27,732 nt of DNA, from positions 1 through 27,732 of the IMG/VR virus record IMGVR_UViG_3300043406_000068. One strand, written 5' to 3'. Below the pieces are notes generated by a model. That model was not told the DNA's origin. It made no database searches and saw only the letters and a program-made list of their open reading frames with translations. Numbering within the stretch: position 1 is the stretch's first letter; every line of letters starts with the position of its first letter. Positions 15,654 to 24,604 of this stretch are shown here, in pieces. The translations under genes were made by a program, and so were the position numbers. This DNA is from a virus. Lineage: Duplodnaviria > Caudoviricetes.

Positions 15654-18329
15654 TTATTGGCCCTCTACCCAATCGGTGGGTTCGGTCCAATCTTCGGGTT
15701 CCGGCTCCCTCTTTGAGGAGAACTCGTTCTTGAGGACGGATCCCATACGCTGAGCCCAGAATGCGGCCTCAGCCCGGTTGGACGCAGGAGGTACCTTCAG
15801 CCGCATACCTGCCGGTAGCTTCTTGTTGCCCTTCTCAACAGCCTCAGCCAGCTTGTTCAGAACAGTAGGCCCGCCCCTCCGGGTCATCACGCGGGCCAAT
15901 ATGTTGGTACCTGCTGCAGTGCCACCAGTCTTGGCCGCACTTGCGAGAGCCCCGGTCAAGTCCCCACTGAACACCTGTGACACCGTCTTGCCGGCACCCC
16001 ACAACAGAGGTAGGTTGAGTGCCAATCCACCCAGCCTTGAGGCCCCATTCTTCCCCACCCGCTCGGCCACGTCCGAAAGCTTGTAGATGTTGTCCAAGTC
16101 GGACTTGTCGAAGATGGATTGGAGACGCTCGGATCCCAGGCTCTCCAACTGCTTGCGGAGGCTCGAGCCTGAGAAGCGGGGCGACGTGGAGGAGGACTCC
16201 CCGACTCCCAGGACGGGTCCGCTGGGGCGCAGCTCGCCCTCAGTGGCCTTGGTCATCATGTCTTCTAGCAGGCGCGCCTTCATCGAGTTGAACTGGTTGT
16301 CACCCACCAGCTCGCGCACCTTCCTCAAGTCTTCCAAGGGCGCGGTCTTCAAGCGCAGGTGGACCTTGCCGGGATCCTTCTCCCCCAGGATCTTGCCGGC
16401 TGTAGACTTGTTGAAGGTCTCACGCAGATTGGCCCACTTACCCTGGGCGGTCTGCCACTCCTGGAACAGACCCGGCTTGCGGGACGCTGCTGCCTCGATG
16501 GTACGATCCACAGCCTCGAGCATTCGGGTGATGTGGGCTTCGCCAGCGGTGCCAATCTCGGACTTCACCTTGGGCATCAAGCTGCGGATCTGGGACCGGA
16601 ACGTACGCAGCTCGTTGAAGCTCACCTGGCCCTTGGTGTTGATTCCGGTATCCAGCACCTTGAGTAGCGTGGAGTCCTTCCCCAGAGGTACCTTCAGATT
16701 GCCCTTGGATAGATCGTCCTTGATAGCCTGGAAGTCTACCTTCAGGCGGGTGGGGGTGACCTTGACACCCTCCCCCATCCTGTTGACCTTCGAGTAGATA
16801 GGGGCCTTGATCCGGTTCTTGGCCTCCTTCAGGGCTTCCTGTGTTGCGCGTCCGACATCCTCGGCGGTTCCGCGCTTCCCGACGTAGTCCAGGACCCGCT
16901 CGGCGTAGGCACCCGTTAGCTCCTTCTGCTGAGCCAGCCTGAGTTCCTCGAATCGGCCAGCACCAGGCAGGGACCCCTCTACCATGCCTTCCATCATCCG
17001 CATTGGCTTGGATCCGGTACGCTCGCCCCTAGTCATCAACATCTGCGGGAAGTCCCCAGGCGGAGGGACCACCTTCACATCCGGATTGTCCGGGATGCTC
17101 AGGTTGGGATTGACCCTACCTGCTTCCGACACGGTGGCCGGGAATTGCTTGTTGGGGATTTGCAGTCCAGGCTCGCCCTTGGCCTTCTCCAAGGCCGCTC
17201 CGAACTGTTGCTCCACGGAGGCTCCCTCGGGGACGGGTGCCTCGGCGCCCACGGGTGCGGCGGCAGGTTCGGGGGCGGCTCCCCGTGTCACGGGAGAAGC
17301 CGTCTGGGGCGTCGGAGCAGGCTCCAGGGCAGTGCTGGGAACCTCTTGGACCTGACCTGCCTCATCCTGCAGGTACGCCATCCCCTTCCGGGGGTTCACC
17401 CCTGATACCTTGTAGGTCTTCCCCTCGAACTGCACGGTGGACCCGATATCCCCGTGGGCGGGTGCGGCGTCGGTCCTGGCCAATGCGTCGGCAAACGGCT
17501 GGTCCCGTGCCGCAGCCAACGAGGATGACATCTGCTTGGCGCCTTCGGTCTTGGCGGCAGCCGCCTTGGTCGGGCGCCCAAGCATCCCGCGCACCACATC
17601 CTTGATATAATCCTCGGGGGACACCTTCAACGGACCGGGGGGATTCTCCCTCACGCTGGCTGCAGCACGATCTCCAGCTGCAAACTCCTCTGGGCTCGGG
17701 GTAACCCCCTTGGACTTGGCCGCAATCTGAGACGGAGTCTCCAAGGGGGCAGACTTCGGGACGTTTCTAGGTGTCTTCTTGAGGATAGATCCAGCCAGAT
17801 TCTTCGACATCTGGTCAGGGGTGGGACCTGCCTTCTTCTTCATGGCCTCGGGGGCGATCAGGTTAGCCACTACTCCAGTCATGCGCCCGACGTTTTCGGC
17901 CCCCAGCTCGTAATCCCCGCTTTCAAAGTTCTTATAGGCTTCTGAGAGAGGCTCCCTCACCCCCGCATAGGTGCTTGCCACCATCGGTCCTACAATGGGG
18001 ACTCTTTGGAAGGAAGGTTCTGTAGTGGGTCGTCCGATCAAAGCATCCACATCGCTCTGTAGAATTCGAGCAGCCCCCTCGGACCCCTTACCCGTAACCA
18101 TGGCCTTGGCGGTGTCGATTGGATGGATGATAGCGTGCCCCATCGGGTCGATGGTGGACTCGCGTGCACCACCTAGGAAAGACTTTGCGATCTCCAAGAT
18201 GTTGGCCTTGCGAGAGCTGATTCCGGTAGCCTTACCCAGGATCTTACCATACGGATCTACAGGCTTGACCGGGAGAGGACCATCCTCCCAGTCGTGGACG
18301 TCGCCTTCCTGATCGATAGGCTGCGGCAT
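15654..18329 (-). CDS. large internal virion / DNA ejection protein
   Basis: 891 aa, Ala/Gly/Lys-rich, predicted helical with C-terminal amphipathic Gly/Ala segments; last gene of the structural arm. Function inferred from podovirus gene order. Confidence 0.6.
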   Translation of the reverse strand: MPQPIDQEGDVHDWEDGPLPVKPVDPYGKILGKATGISSRKANILEIAKSFLGGARESTIDPMGHAIIHPIDTAKAMVTGKGSEGAARILQSDVDALIGRPTTEPSFQRVPIVGPMVASTYAGVREPLSEAYKNFESGDYELGAENVGRMTGVVANLIAPEAMKKKAGPTPDQMSKNLAGSILKKTPRNVPKSAPLETPSQIAAKSKGVTPSPEEFAAGDRAAASVRENPPGPLKVSPEDYIKDVVRGMLGRPTKAAAAKTEGAKQMSSSLAAARDQPFADALARTDAAPAHGDIGSTVQFEGKTYKVSGVNPRKGMAYLQDEAGQVQEVPSTALEPAPTPQTASPVTRGAAPEPAAAPVGAEAPVPEGASVEQQFGAALEKAKGEPGLQIPNKQFPATVSEAGRVNPNLSIPDNPDVKVVPPPGDFPQMLMTRGERTGSKPMRMMEGMVEGSLPGAGRFEELRLAQQKELTGAYAERVLDYVGKRGTAEDVGRATQEALKEAKNRIKAPIYSKVNRMGEGVKVTPTRLKVDFQAIKDDLSKGNLKVPLGKDSTLLKVLDTGINTKGQVSFNELRTFRSQIRSLMPKVKSEIGTAGEAHITRMLEAVDRTIEAAASRKPGLFQEWQTAQGKWANLRETFNKSTAGKILGEKDPGKVHLRLKTAPLEDLRKVRELVGDNQFNSMKARLLEDMMTKATEGELRPSGPVLGVGESSSTSPRFSGSSLRKQLESLGSERLQSIFDKSDLDNIYKLSDVAERVGKNGASRLGGLALNLPLLWGAGKTVSQVFSGDLTGALASAAKTGGTAAGTNILARVMTRRGGPTVLNKLAEAVEKGNKKLPAGMRLKVPPASNRAEAAFWAQRMGSVLKNEFSSKREPEPEDWTEPTDWVEGQ

Positions 18330-19528
18330 TATTGCGCTCCCGTGGGAGGTACGCCCTCATTCCACTTGATGCCGTCTTCGGACCACTGAGACCGACCAGT
18401 GCTCTTGCTATGGCGAGTCCGAATTTTTCCAGGATCCTTCGCGGGAAGATTGCCAGGACCGGGGACCTTGCCTGCGTTCCCCTGCCGGCTGAAGAATTCC
18501 CCGATCTCGCGCTCCTGGATCTGGCCGATGAAGTCGCGCAAGTCGGACAGGCGCTTCTTGGCCATATCGGGTGCCAACACAGCCCCCGCAACTCCCGTGG
18601 ACATCAAGCGCTCGAACGCGGCGGCGTCCTGGTCCGTAAACATACCCTTCTCCCCGAGGGACCGCCCCACGAGGCGGGTGAATCCGGACGATTCCGCTCG
18701 GAACTGTAGAAGAGCTGCCGCCCGCTCAGCTGCTCCAGCCTTAGGATTGGTAGCTGCGTTTAGGGTAACCTCGAGCTTGTCCAACGCAGATACGGCCGGA
18801 TTGAACGCGTCCAGCTTCTCACGCACATTAGGCGGGATCACTACCTTACCGCGATCTGCTAGAGATGACATCACCTGGGTACGCATCTTAGAGGGTACAT
18901 CCGTGATCTTGTACTGCCCTCCATGGACTGCGTCCGCAATTTGGTCGATGGACCCGCCACTGCCTCCCATCTTAGTATAGGGAAGCTCGGCGATATTCAT
19001 CGCGTTTTCACGATTGGAAGCAGCGGTGCTAGCCGTCATACGCGACTGCGCCATTTCTGTAGCTGCAGTCAGCAATTTGGGGTGTACCTTACCCTCCACG
19101 CCAGGCACCACTCCCTTAGGTACGGGAACCGCCTCGGTTTCATTCTTGGTTGCCCCTTCCAGCCTCATGGCGGCGAGCCTGGAGGACAGAATCTTGCGAG
19201 CGGACAGGGGCTGAGCCTTGAACCCAGGAGATACCGTCTCCCCAGTATCGGGATTGTTGAAGGAGGGGAACTGCACCGCCTCCGGTTCGGGGGCGTTCTC
19301 GTCCTCAGGATCGCCTGATCCGTTCAGGAGGCTGTATTGGGTTTCTGCGTCCTTGCGTCGCAGCTCATAGTCGCTGACAGCGTCGTCATGCTTCGACTTC
19401 TTGATGCGAAGGGCCAACTCGTCCCGCTCCAGCTTGCGGCGCTCCAAATCTGCTTCATGCTGCTCTCGCTGTTGCTTGGCGGCTAGACCGGAGGCGTGAC
19501 CCTTGAGGAAGGCTTCTGTGAATCCCAT
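18329..19528 (-). CDS. internal virion / ejection protein
   Basis: GAGGAG RBS, N-terminal MGFTEAFLKG plus coiled coil, TAATG coupling to the next gene. Confidence 0.6.
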   Translation of the reverse strand: MGFTEAFLKGHASGLAAKQQREQHEADLERRKLERDELALRIKKSKHDDAVSDYELRRKDAETQYSLLNGSGDPEDENAPEPEAVQFPSFNNPDTGETVSPGFKAQPLSARKILSSRLAAMRLEGATKNETEAVPVPKGVVPGVEGKVHPKLLTAATEMAQSRMTASTAASNRENAMNIAELPYTKMGGSGGSIDQIADAVHGGQYKITDVPSKMRTQVMSSLADRGKVVIPPNVREKLDAFNPAVSALDKLEVTLNAATNPKAGAAERAAALLQFRAESSGFTRLVGRSLGEKGMFTDQDAAAFERLMSTGVAGAVLAPDMAKKRLSDLRDFIGQIQEREIGEFFSRQGNAGKVPGPGNLPAKDPGKIRTRHSKSTGRSQWSEDGIKWNEGVPPTGAQ

Positions 19529-19536
19529 AACTCCTC

Positions 19537-20286
19537 TTACTCGATGTCGAAGGAGGATAGACGAGTGCGCTTTGCCTTAGGGGAGAAGGCGCCGTTAGCG
19601 TACATCATCCCCAGGATTCCACCCACCCCCTCTAGGGCGCCTCCGACACCGCCCCCTGTCGTGCTGGTACCGTTGGTAACTCCGGTTCCTACTGTGTGGG
19701 TGGTGGTGGTGGACCCTCGGCCCTGCACCAATAGGCCCATAGCGTCGCTGAGGCTCTGGTGCTCGGATTCCTGCTCCAGCATAGGTTCGTCAGCCAGAAC
19801 CTTAGCCAACTCCCCGCCTCGAGCCTGGTCCAGGTTGATCTTAGCTCCTGCTGCTTGGTTGCCCCCACCCGCGTTCATCATCCCGTTCGCGGCCAGCGTA
19901 TTCTTCTGAGTCACCCCGATGTTGTTGAATAGCTGGTTGATCCCAGACATTCGGGTATTGGTGATTCCGGCCGCGACCCCCTTGCCACCCTGCTGCAATC
20001 TTTGCATCACCTGCCGGAGAACGATGCTCTGGAGCGGGGCCATCTTGGGGTCTAGAGTGGGGGTATTGACGCTGGTGCTAGTGTTGTCGGTGGCCTGGGT
20101 CCCATTGTTCTGGTTACGGCTCTTCAACCACCCAGCAATTCCCCCCACGGCTGAGGCGATCCAAGGAATCGCAGCAACCCACGCGAAGCCCATATCCACA
20201 GGCCCGGTTTCCAGCGGGGCCAACCGATCGAGGACCGCTGCCGCCAGGATCGCGAAACAAATCCACGGAGGGTTAGAGTACTTCAT
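19537..20286 (-). CDS. small Gly-rich ejection/pilot protein
   Basis: Hydrophobic Gly/Ala segments at both ends (WIASAVGGIAG; GGALEGVGGILG) and Thr/Asn-rich linkers. Alternative start at 20193. Confidence 0.6.
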   Translation of the reverse strand: MKYSNPPWICFAILAAAVLDRLAPLETGPVDMGFAWVAAIPWIASAVGGIAGWLKSRNQNNGTQATDNTSTSVNTPTLDPKMAPLQSIVLRQVMQRLQQGGKGVAAGITNTRMSGINQLFNNIGVTQKNTLAANGMMNAGGGNQAAGAKINLDQARGGELAKVLADEPMLEQESEHQSLSDAMGLLVQGRGSTTTTHTVGTGVTNGTSTTGGGVGGALEGVGGILGMMYANGAFSPKAKRTRLSSFDIE

Positions 20287-20287
20287 T

Positions 20288-21718
20288 TTACCTGACCTTG
20301 TTAGGTGACTCTGTGTACGCGTAGATGATTCGGGCCGACAGATCTTGTCCGAAAACGTAATACGCCTCGTGAAACTTATTATTGCCAGTTCCTGTTATTT
20401 CGATGATTCGACCGTCCGAGGGGTGTGCTCGCGCCCTGATGGTTCTCACCGTAGCCAGTCGAGCCAGTACGTCATCCCGTAGTGTAACACCATCTGCCCA
20501 ACTGGTCAATACCGGCACACCCTCTGGGTTCAGGATACTTCGATTCGCGTGCACGGATCCGTTGAGCGCATCCACCACCCGCCGCATATAGGCTCGAGCC
20601 CTAACCTTCTTACGCCCTTGGGTGGGGAAGCTGAACGGGCTCGCGATACCCTGAAGCGCAGCCGAGATCTTGCGGTGAACCACTGCCAACTCGGGGTGGT
20701 CGTGGGTTCCGCCCTGCCGCCCATACGAAAACAGGTTCATGAGTAATACCCGTTGCTCGTCCTTGATTCGCAAGTACGGCACGTCTTGGATCCTGGTGAG
20801 GGTGTCGATGTTGGTCCAGTACCCGTTACGGTCGTATGCCTGCTGTACAATCTCAATGAACTTGTCGGACGAGATTCTAGACATCATCGCGTCGATGTCT
20901 CCGTTGATAGTGGCCGCGTTCTGCTCGGCGGTACCACCGGGGGCGGTCACATAGGTCTCTATTCCCACAAAGTCCAGAGTCTCGGCGTCGACCCAATCCC
21001 CCTCTAGAACTGCGTCATGTGTGAACCCACACCCAAACTTGATATCACCAAACGGTAGACCTAACTCTTCGATTACGTCGAATAGTCTACGCATTCTAGT
21101 ATCAACTTCGCTGGCCCCACCCCACCCAGCGTTCTCAGGCTCATCAGCCAGACTCACGTACTTGACACTGGACCAAGCCTCCCGTATGGCCCAGATCACA
21201 TCACGCAAATCCCCTACCACATCACTAATCTCTTGGCCTGCGTTGAAGTAGATCACTTTACCGGCATCAGCCGCGCGAAGAGCTGATTGCCGCATCTTCT
21301 CGATCCACTCCTCGCGGGTGTCCTCTGAGGTACCGTACCCGGTGTAGGCCCACACATAGTGCATGTTAGTGTAGCCGGATACTTCATCGAAGAACTCCCC
21401 GAATTTACCGTCGGTATAGAAGTACCCGAAGTCGATGGGGTGATTAGGGGGTGGGTACGCGCCTTGAACCGGCCCTATGGACCCCCCAAGACGGGTCTTA
21501 TTGCGGACCCCGGTTGGGGATACGGAGGCGAGCTGGATAGCCTCTTCCAGCTGTTGTTTGGTAACGAATTCGTCCTGCCCTACTGCCTGTCCTGCCGACG
21601 CGAACCGGCGCTGATTCAAGGAAGCGTTTCCGGACTCCAGCTCTTCCAGGTACTCCCACACATTGGTGAAAGCGCGGCGCGTTGTCTCATCCAGGCCGTT
21701 GGGTATATTGCGGGGCAT
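20288..21718 (-). CDS. virion protein with glycoside-hydrolase-like TIM-barrel domain
   Basis: FGYF..TNMHYVW..YVSLADEPE..DFVGIETY..QQAY..LFSY beta/alpha pattern, within the tail operon. Confidence 0.55.
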   Translation of the reverse strand: MPRNIPNGLDETTRRAFTNVWEYLEELESGNASLNQRRFASAGQAVGQDEFVTKQQLEEAIQLASVSPTGVRNKTRLGGSIGPVQGAYPPPNHPIDFGYFYTDGKFGEFFDEVSGYTNMHYVWAYTGYGTSEDTREEWIEKMRQSALRAADAGKVIYFNAGQEISDVVGDLRDVIWAIREAWSSVKYVSLADEPENAGWGGASEVDTRMRRLFDVIEELGLPFGDIKFGCGFTHDAVLEGDWVDAETLDFVGIETYVTAPGGTAEQNAATINGDIDAMMSRISSDKFIEIVQQAYDRNGYWTNIDTLTRIQDVPYLRIKDEQRVLLMNLFSYGRQGGTHDHPELAVVHRKISAALQGIASPFSFPTQGRKKVRARAYMRRVVDALNGSVHANRSILNPEGVPVLTSWADGVTLRDDVLARLATVRTIRARAHPSDGRIIEITGTGNNKFHEAYYVFGQDLSARIIYAYTESPNKVR

Positions 21719-24603
21719 TAGGCTTTACCTTGCTTAGCGTGGCCGTAGGCCCCCGAGGGGACTACCGTGATGGCAGACTTGTCGGTGATCCTGCCGGATT
21801 CCCGGAACTTGAATCGGGTCCAGTACATCTCGAAGCCCTCATCCGCGACCACCGCCGTTCCAGTGTCTCCCTTGCACCTAACTACAATTCGGGGCTGGTA
21901 CCCAAAGAAGTTGCGTGGGGTGTTGACTGTGTACGGCCGCGCGATCCCGAATAGCGCGGGGACGTCGTAGGTCCCGAACAGGGTCTCATCGAACCAAATC
22001 TGGATCTCCACCACCACGTCGGTACGGATCTTGACGTCTACCTGCCCGATCCAGGTGATGTCGTTGTAGCCCGTGTCGATCAATCCCGAATCCCAGAACC
22101 GCATGGGTAGGGGGCGGGGCCGGAAGGTGAACCCATACCCCAATATACGGACGCGACCAGATCCTGAGGCCCGGCTCTGCAGCCTGCGGAAGCTCCTAAC
22201 CGCATCGTTAACGGTCAGGGGGGACTGCCAGATCAAGTCACTGGTACCTGTGAAGGTGGAACTGAGGGATGCAGCGGGGGTGGAGTCGTCTCCATCCACG
22301 TAAAGATCCACTAAATAGCTGAGGGGGACAGGGTCCACCAGGTTGGCCCCCGATACAAACGCGCGATAGTCGAACATCTCCTTGCTGACGCGCGGGTCAT
22401 TCCCGTTGTCGTAGGCAGTCCAATACTCCCATTCGATATCGGCCCCGTCGTCAGTGGATCCGTTCTCGATCTGATACACCTGACCCGCACCACCAGCGGC
22501 CAGGATCTTACCGTCCGGCTCCCGGTACAGGTGGTTGATGCTTACCGGGTATATGAATCGATTCCACAGGTTGTTTTTGATGTCATACCGGTGTACCTCG
22601 GGGGAAGGTCCATCGGTTGAGAACATGCAGTAGAAGTAGTTGTTGAAGATGCAACACCGGAATCGTCCGGGAGCACTTCCCAGGTTAGCCCCAGTGACCC
22701 CGTACCGGCTGTATCCCTTGTACAGCAAGTCGACGGATCCCTTGAGTGGGCGGGAGCTGGCGCCATCGAAGACGCGCCATCCATCGGAAGCCAGGTGGAA
22801 CAGGGCGTCACCTTCCTGGGCAAAGTCTCGAGATGCGGCCCCGGCCCCTGTGTTCAATGGGCGCAACCTGAAGTTGATAGTGCCATCAATGTTCTCGGCC
22901 CCGGTCCCCTCGTAGGCATAGATGTCGCGAGTGGTAGCGACCGCGATGCCGGTACCCATCTTCCGTGCCCAAACGATAGTTTCGGTGCTATCGAAGGGTT
23001 GAGCTACGTGGCCGGGGTTGAAGGACTCCGGGTCCCCCACAAGGCTAGGATGAATACCCCTCTTCGTGACGGCGATCAACCTACCGTAGTGGGGAGCGAT
23101 GATGTCGATGATTCCATCAGGCGGTCCTACGATGTTAGTTTCTGCGAACTCATTTCTCTCGATGGCGTCCCGGTCACTAAGGACAAGATTGACCTGGATA
23201 TTTCCACTGGTTTGGGTGGTGGTGGCAAACTTGTAGTACCGATCCATGAATCCACCCATGACGAACACATCGATCTCGTTAACCTGTGGATCGGATGGGG
23301 CCGGGATTCGAGCACGCAATCCGCAGTTCTCTACGATTACGGCCTCGGACTCATCCGACAACGGGGACTTGGCCCTATACAACCCGCTATTGTACAAATA
23401 CTGGAAGCGGACCTTGTACTCCCCGGTTAGAGCGCGCTGGGCGCCGCCCTTGATGAACCAATCATCGAACTTAACGGTTCCGAAGATTGAGGTATCAGGC
23501 AGATCCTCCCGGACCTTGATCACCAGGCGGATGGCGCGGATAGTGCGCCAGTCCTTGCCTGTGGAAGACCCGAACCTCTTCATGGACCCGCGATGTACCC
23601 GCAGCTGCTGCCACTGCGCATTGTTCTCAAAAGGCCCCGTCCCAGGCCGGATGTTGATGTAGTCGCGGTAGGTGCCCCGCTGAATCCTCTGCTTGAACAC
23701 TTCGCGATCGTACCCGATGACGTCTCCGCGATCCCTCATTCCAGGCTTCAGGATCTGGGCCGGGTCGATCTTGTTCTCGAAGTTCATGTTGGGGAAGAAG
23801 TCGAAGTAGTAGAAGTCATCCGTGAAGAGCTTGGCGGAGTCCCCGTTACAGTCAATCATCATCGTGATGTATTCGATCTGGTCCGGGAACTGGATAGATG
23901 CATACAGGCAGATGCTGTCTTCGTCCACTCCGCGCTGTCCGCCGTCGTATAGGGTGAAGTCAACCTCTTGTCCGTAGTCTTTGGTGATAGTGGCGGTTCC
24001 AGCCTCGGACGGGATTACCTCCACAGCCCGATTGTCCACATCGAACTTGTCGGCCACCACCTGGATTTCGCCGTCGTCGGCTACAAACCCATCACCGTCG
24101 TTGAAGTTGCTGAAGCTGGTCTCGTCGGCATCCAGAATGCTGACAGTGGCCACCCCAGTCGGAGCCGCGATCCCCCAATTACGGTTTCCAGCTCCATTGT
24201 CTCCACCGACTTCTAGACCATCGTACTTGCGCTTGCTCACCCCTCGGGCGTAGAAAACCTGGTTGAACCCAGTGCCCATGGCGATGTCGGGGTCGGTGGT
24301 TTGGGGGACCAACTGGTCGCGCCTGGTGAACCCGCCCCCTAGACCCGGGAAGCTGACCCAGAAGTCGTCCCCGGCCCCAGCAAATCGGAACCTTTGCCCA
24401 TCCAGTACCGCGGTCATGAAAGTATGGATAGGCTCGCCGGTAGCAAGCGTAGTCATCGAGGTATAACCGAACCTGGTGGACAGGATGCCTTCCTCATCCT
24501 GTACCAGGTTGTCTGCCCGAAGCAGGGACCTAGGATCCCCGTTGAGGGAATCCAGGCCCGGTTGCCACCCTAGGGAGAAGTCCCGACGGTCAATGACTTC
24601 CAT
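21718..24603 (-). CDS. tail tube/nozzle protein (P22 gp10 / tail tubular protein B-like)
   Basis: 961 aa, beta-rich; N-terminus DFSLG..ADNL..G.LSTRFG resembles podovirus stabilisation proteins; propeller-like repeats. Confidence 0.65.
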   Translation of the reverse strand: MEVIDRRDFSLGWQPGLDSLNGDPRSLLRADNLVQDEEGILSTRFGYTSMTTLATGEPIHTFMTAVLDGQRFRFAGAGDDFWVSFPGLGGGFTRRDQLVPQTTDPDIAMGTGFNQVFYARGVSKRKYDGLEVGGDNGAGNRNWGIAAPTGVATVSILDADETSFSNFNDGDGFVADDGEIQVVADKFDVDNRAVEVIPSEAGTATITKDYGQEVDFTLYDGGQRGVDEDSICLYASIQFPDQIEYITMMIDCNGDSAKLFTDDFYYFDFFPNMNFENKIDPAQILKPGMRDRGDVIGYDREVFKQRIQRGTYRDYINIRPGTGPFENNAQWQQLRVHRGSMKRFGSSTGKDWRTIRAIRLVIKVREDLPDTSIFGTVKFDDWFIKGGAQRALTGEYKVRFQYLYNSGLYRAKSPLSDESEAVIVENCGLRARIPAPSDPQVNEIDVFVMGGFMDRYYKFATTTQTSGNIQVNLVLSDRDAIERNEFAETNIVGPPDGIIDIIAPHYGRLIAVTKRGIHPSLVGDPESFNPGHVAQPFDSTETIVWARKMGTGIAVATTRDIYAYEGTGAENIDGTINFRLRPLNTGAGAASRDFAQEGDALFHLASDGWRVFDGASSRPLKGSVDLLYKGYSRYGVTGANLGSAPGRFRCCIFNNYFYCMFSTDGPSPEVHRYDIKNNLWNRFIYPVSINHLYREPDGKILAAGGAGQVYQIENGSTDDGADIEWEYWTAYDNGNDPRVSKEMFDYRAFVSGANLVDPVPLSYLVDLYVDGDDSTPAASLSSTFTGTSDLIWQSPLTVNDAVRSFRRLQSRASGSGRVRILGYGFTFRPRPLPMRFWDSGLIDTGYNDITWIGQVDVKIRTDVVVEIQIWFDETLFGTYDVPALFGIARPYTVNTPRNFFGYQPRIVVRCKGDTGTAVVADEGFEMYWTRFKFRESGRITDKSAITVVPSGAYGHAKQGKA

Positions 24604-24604
24604 A

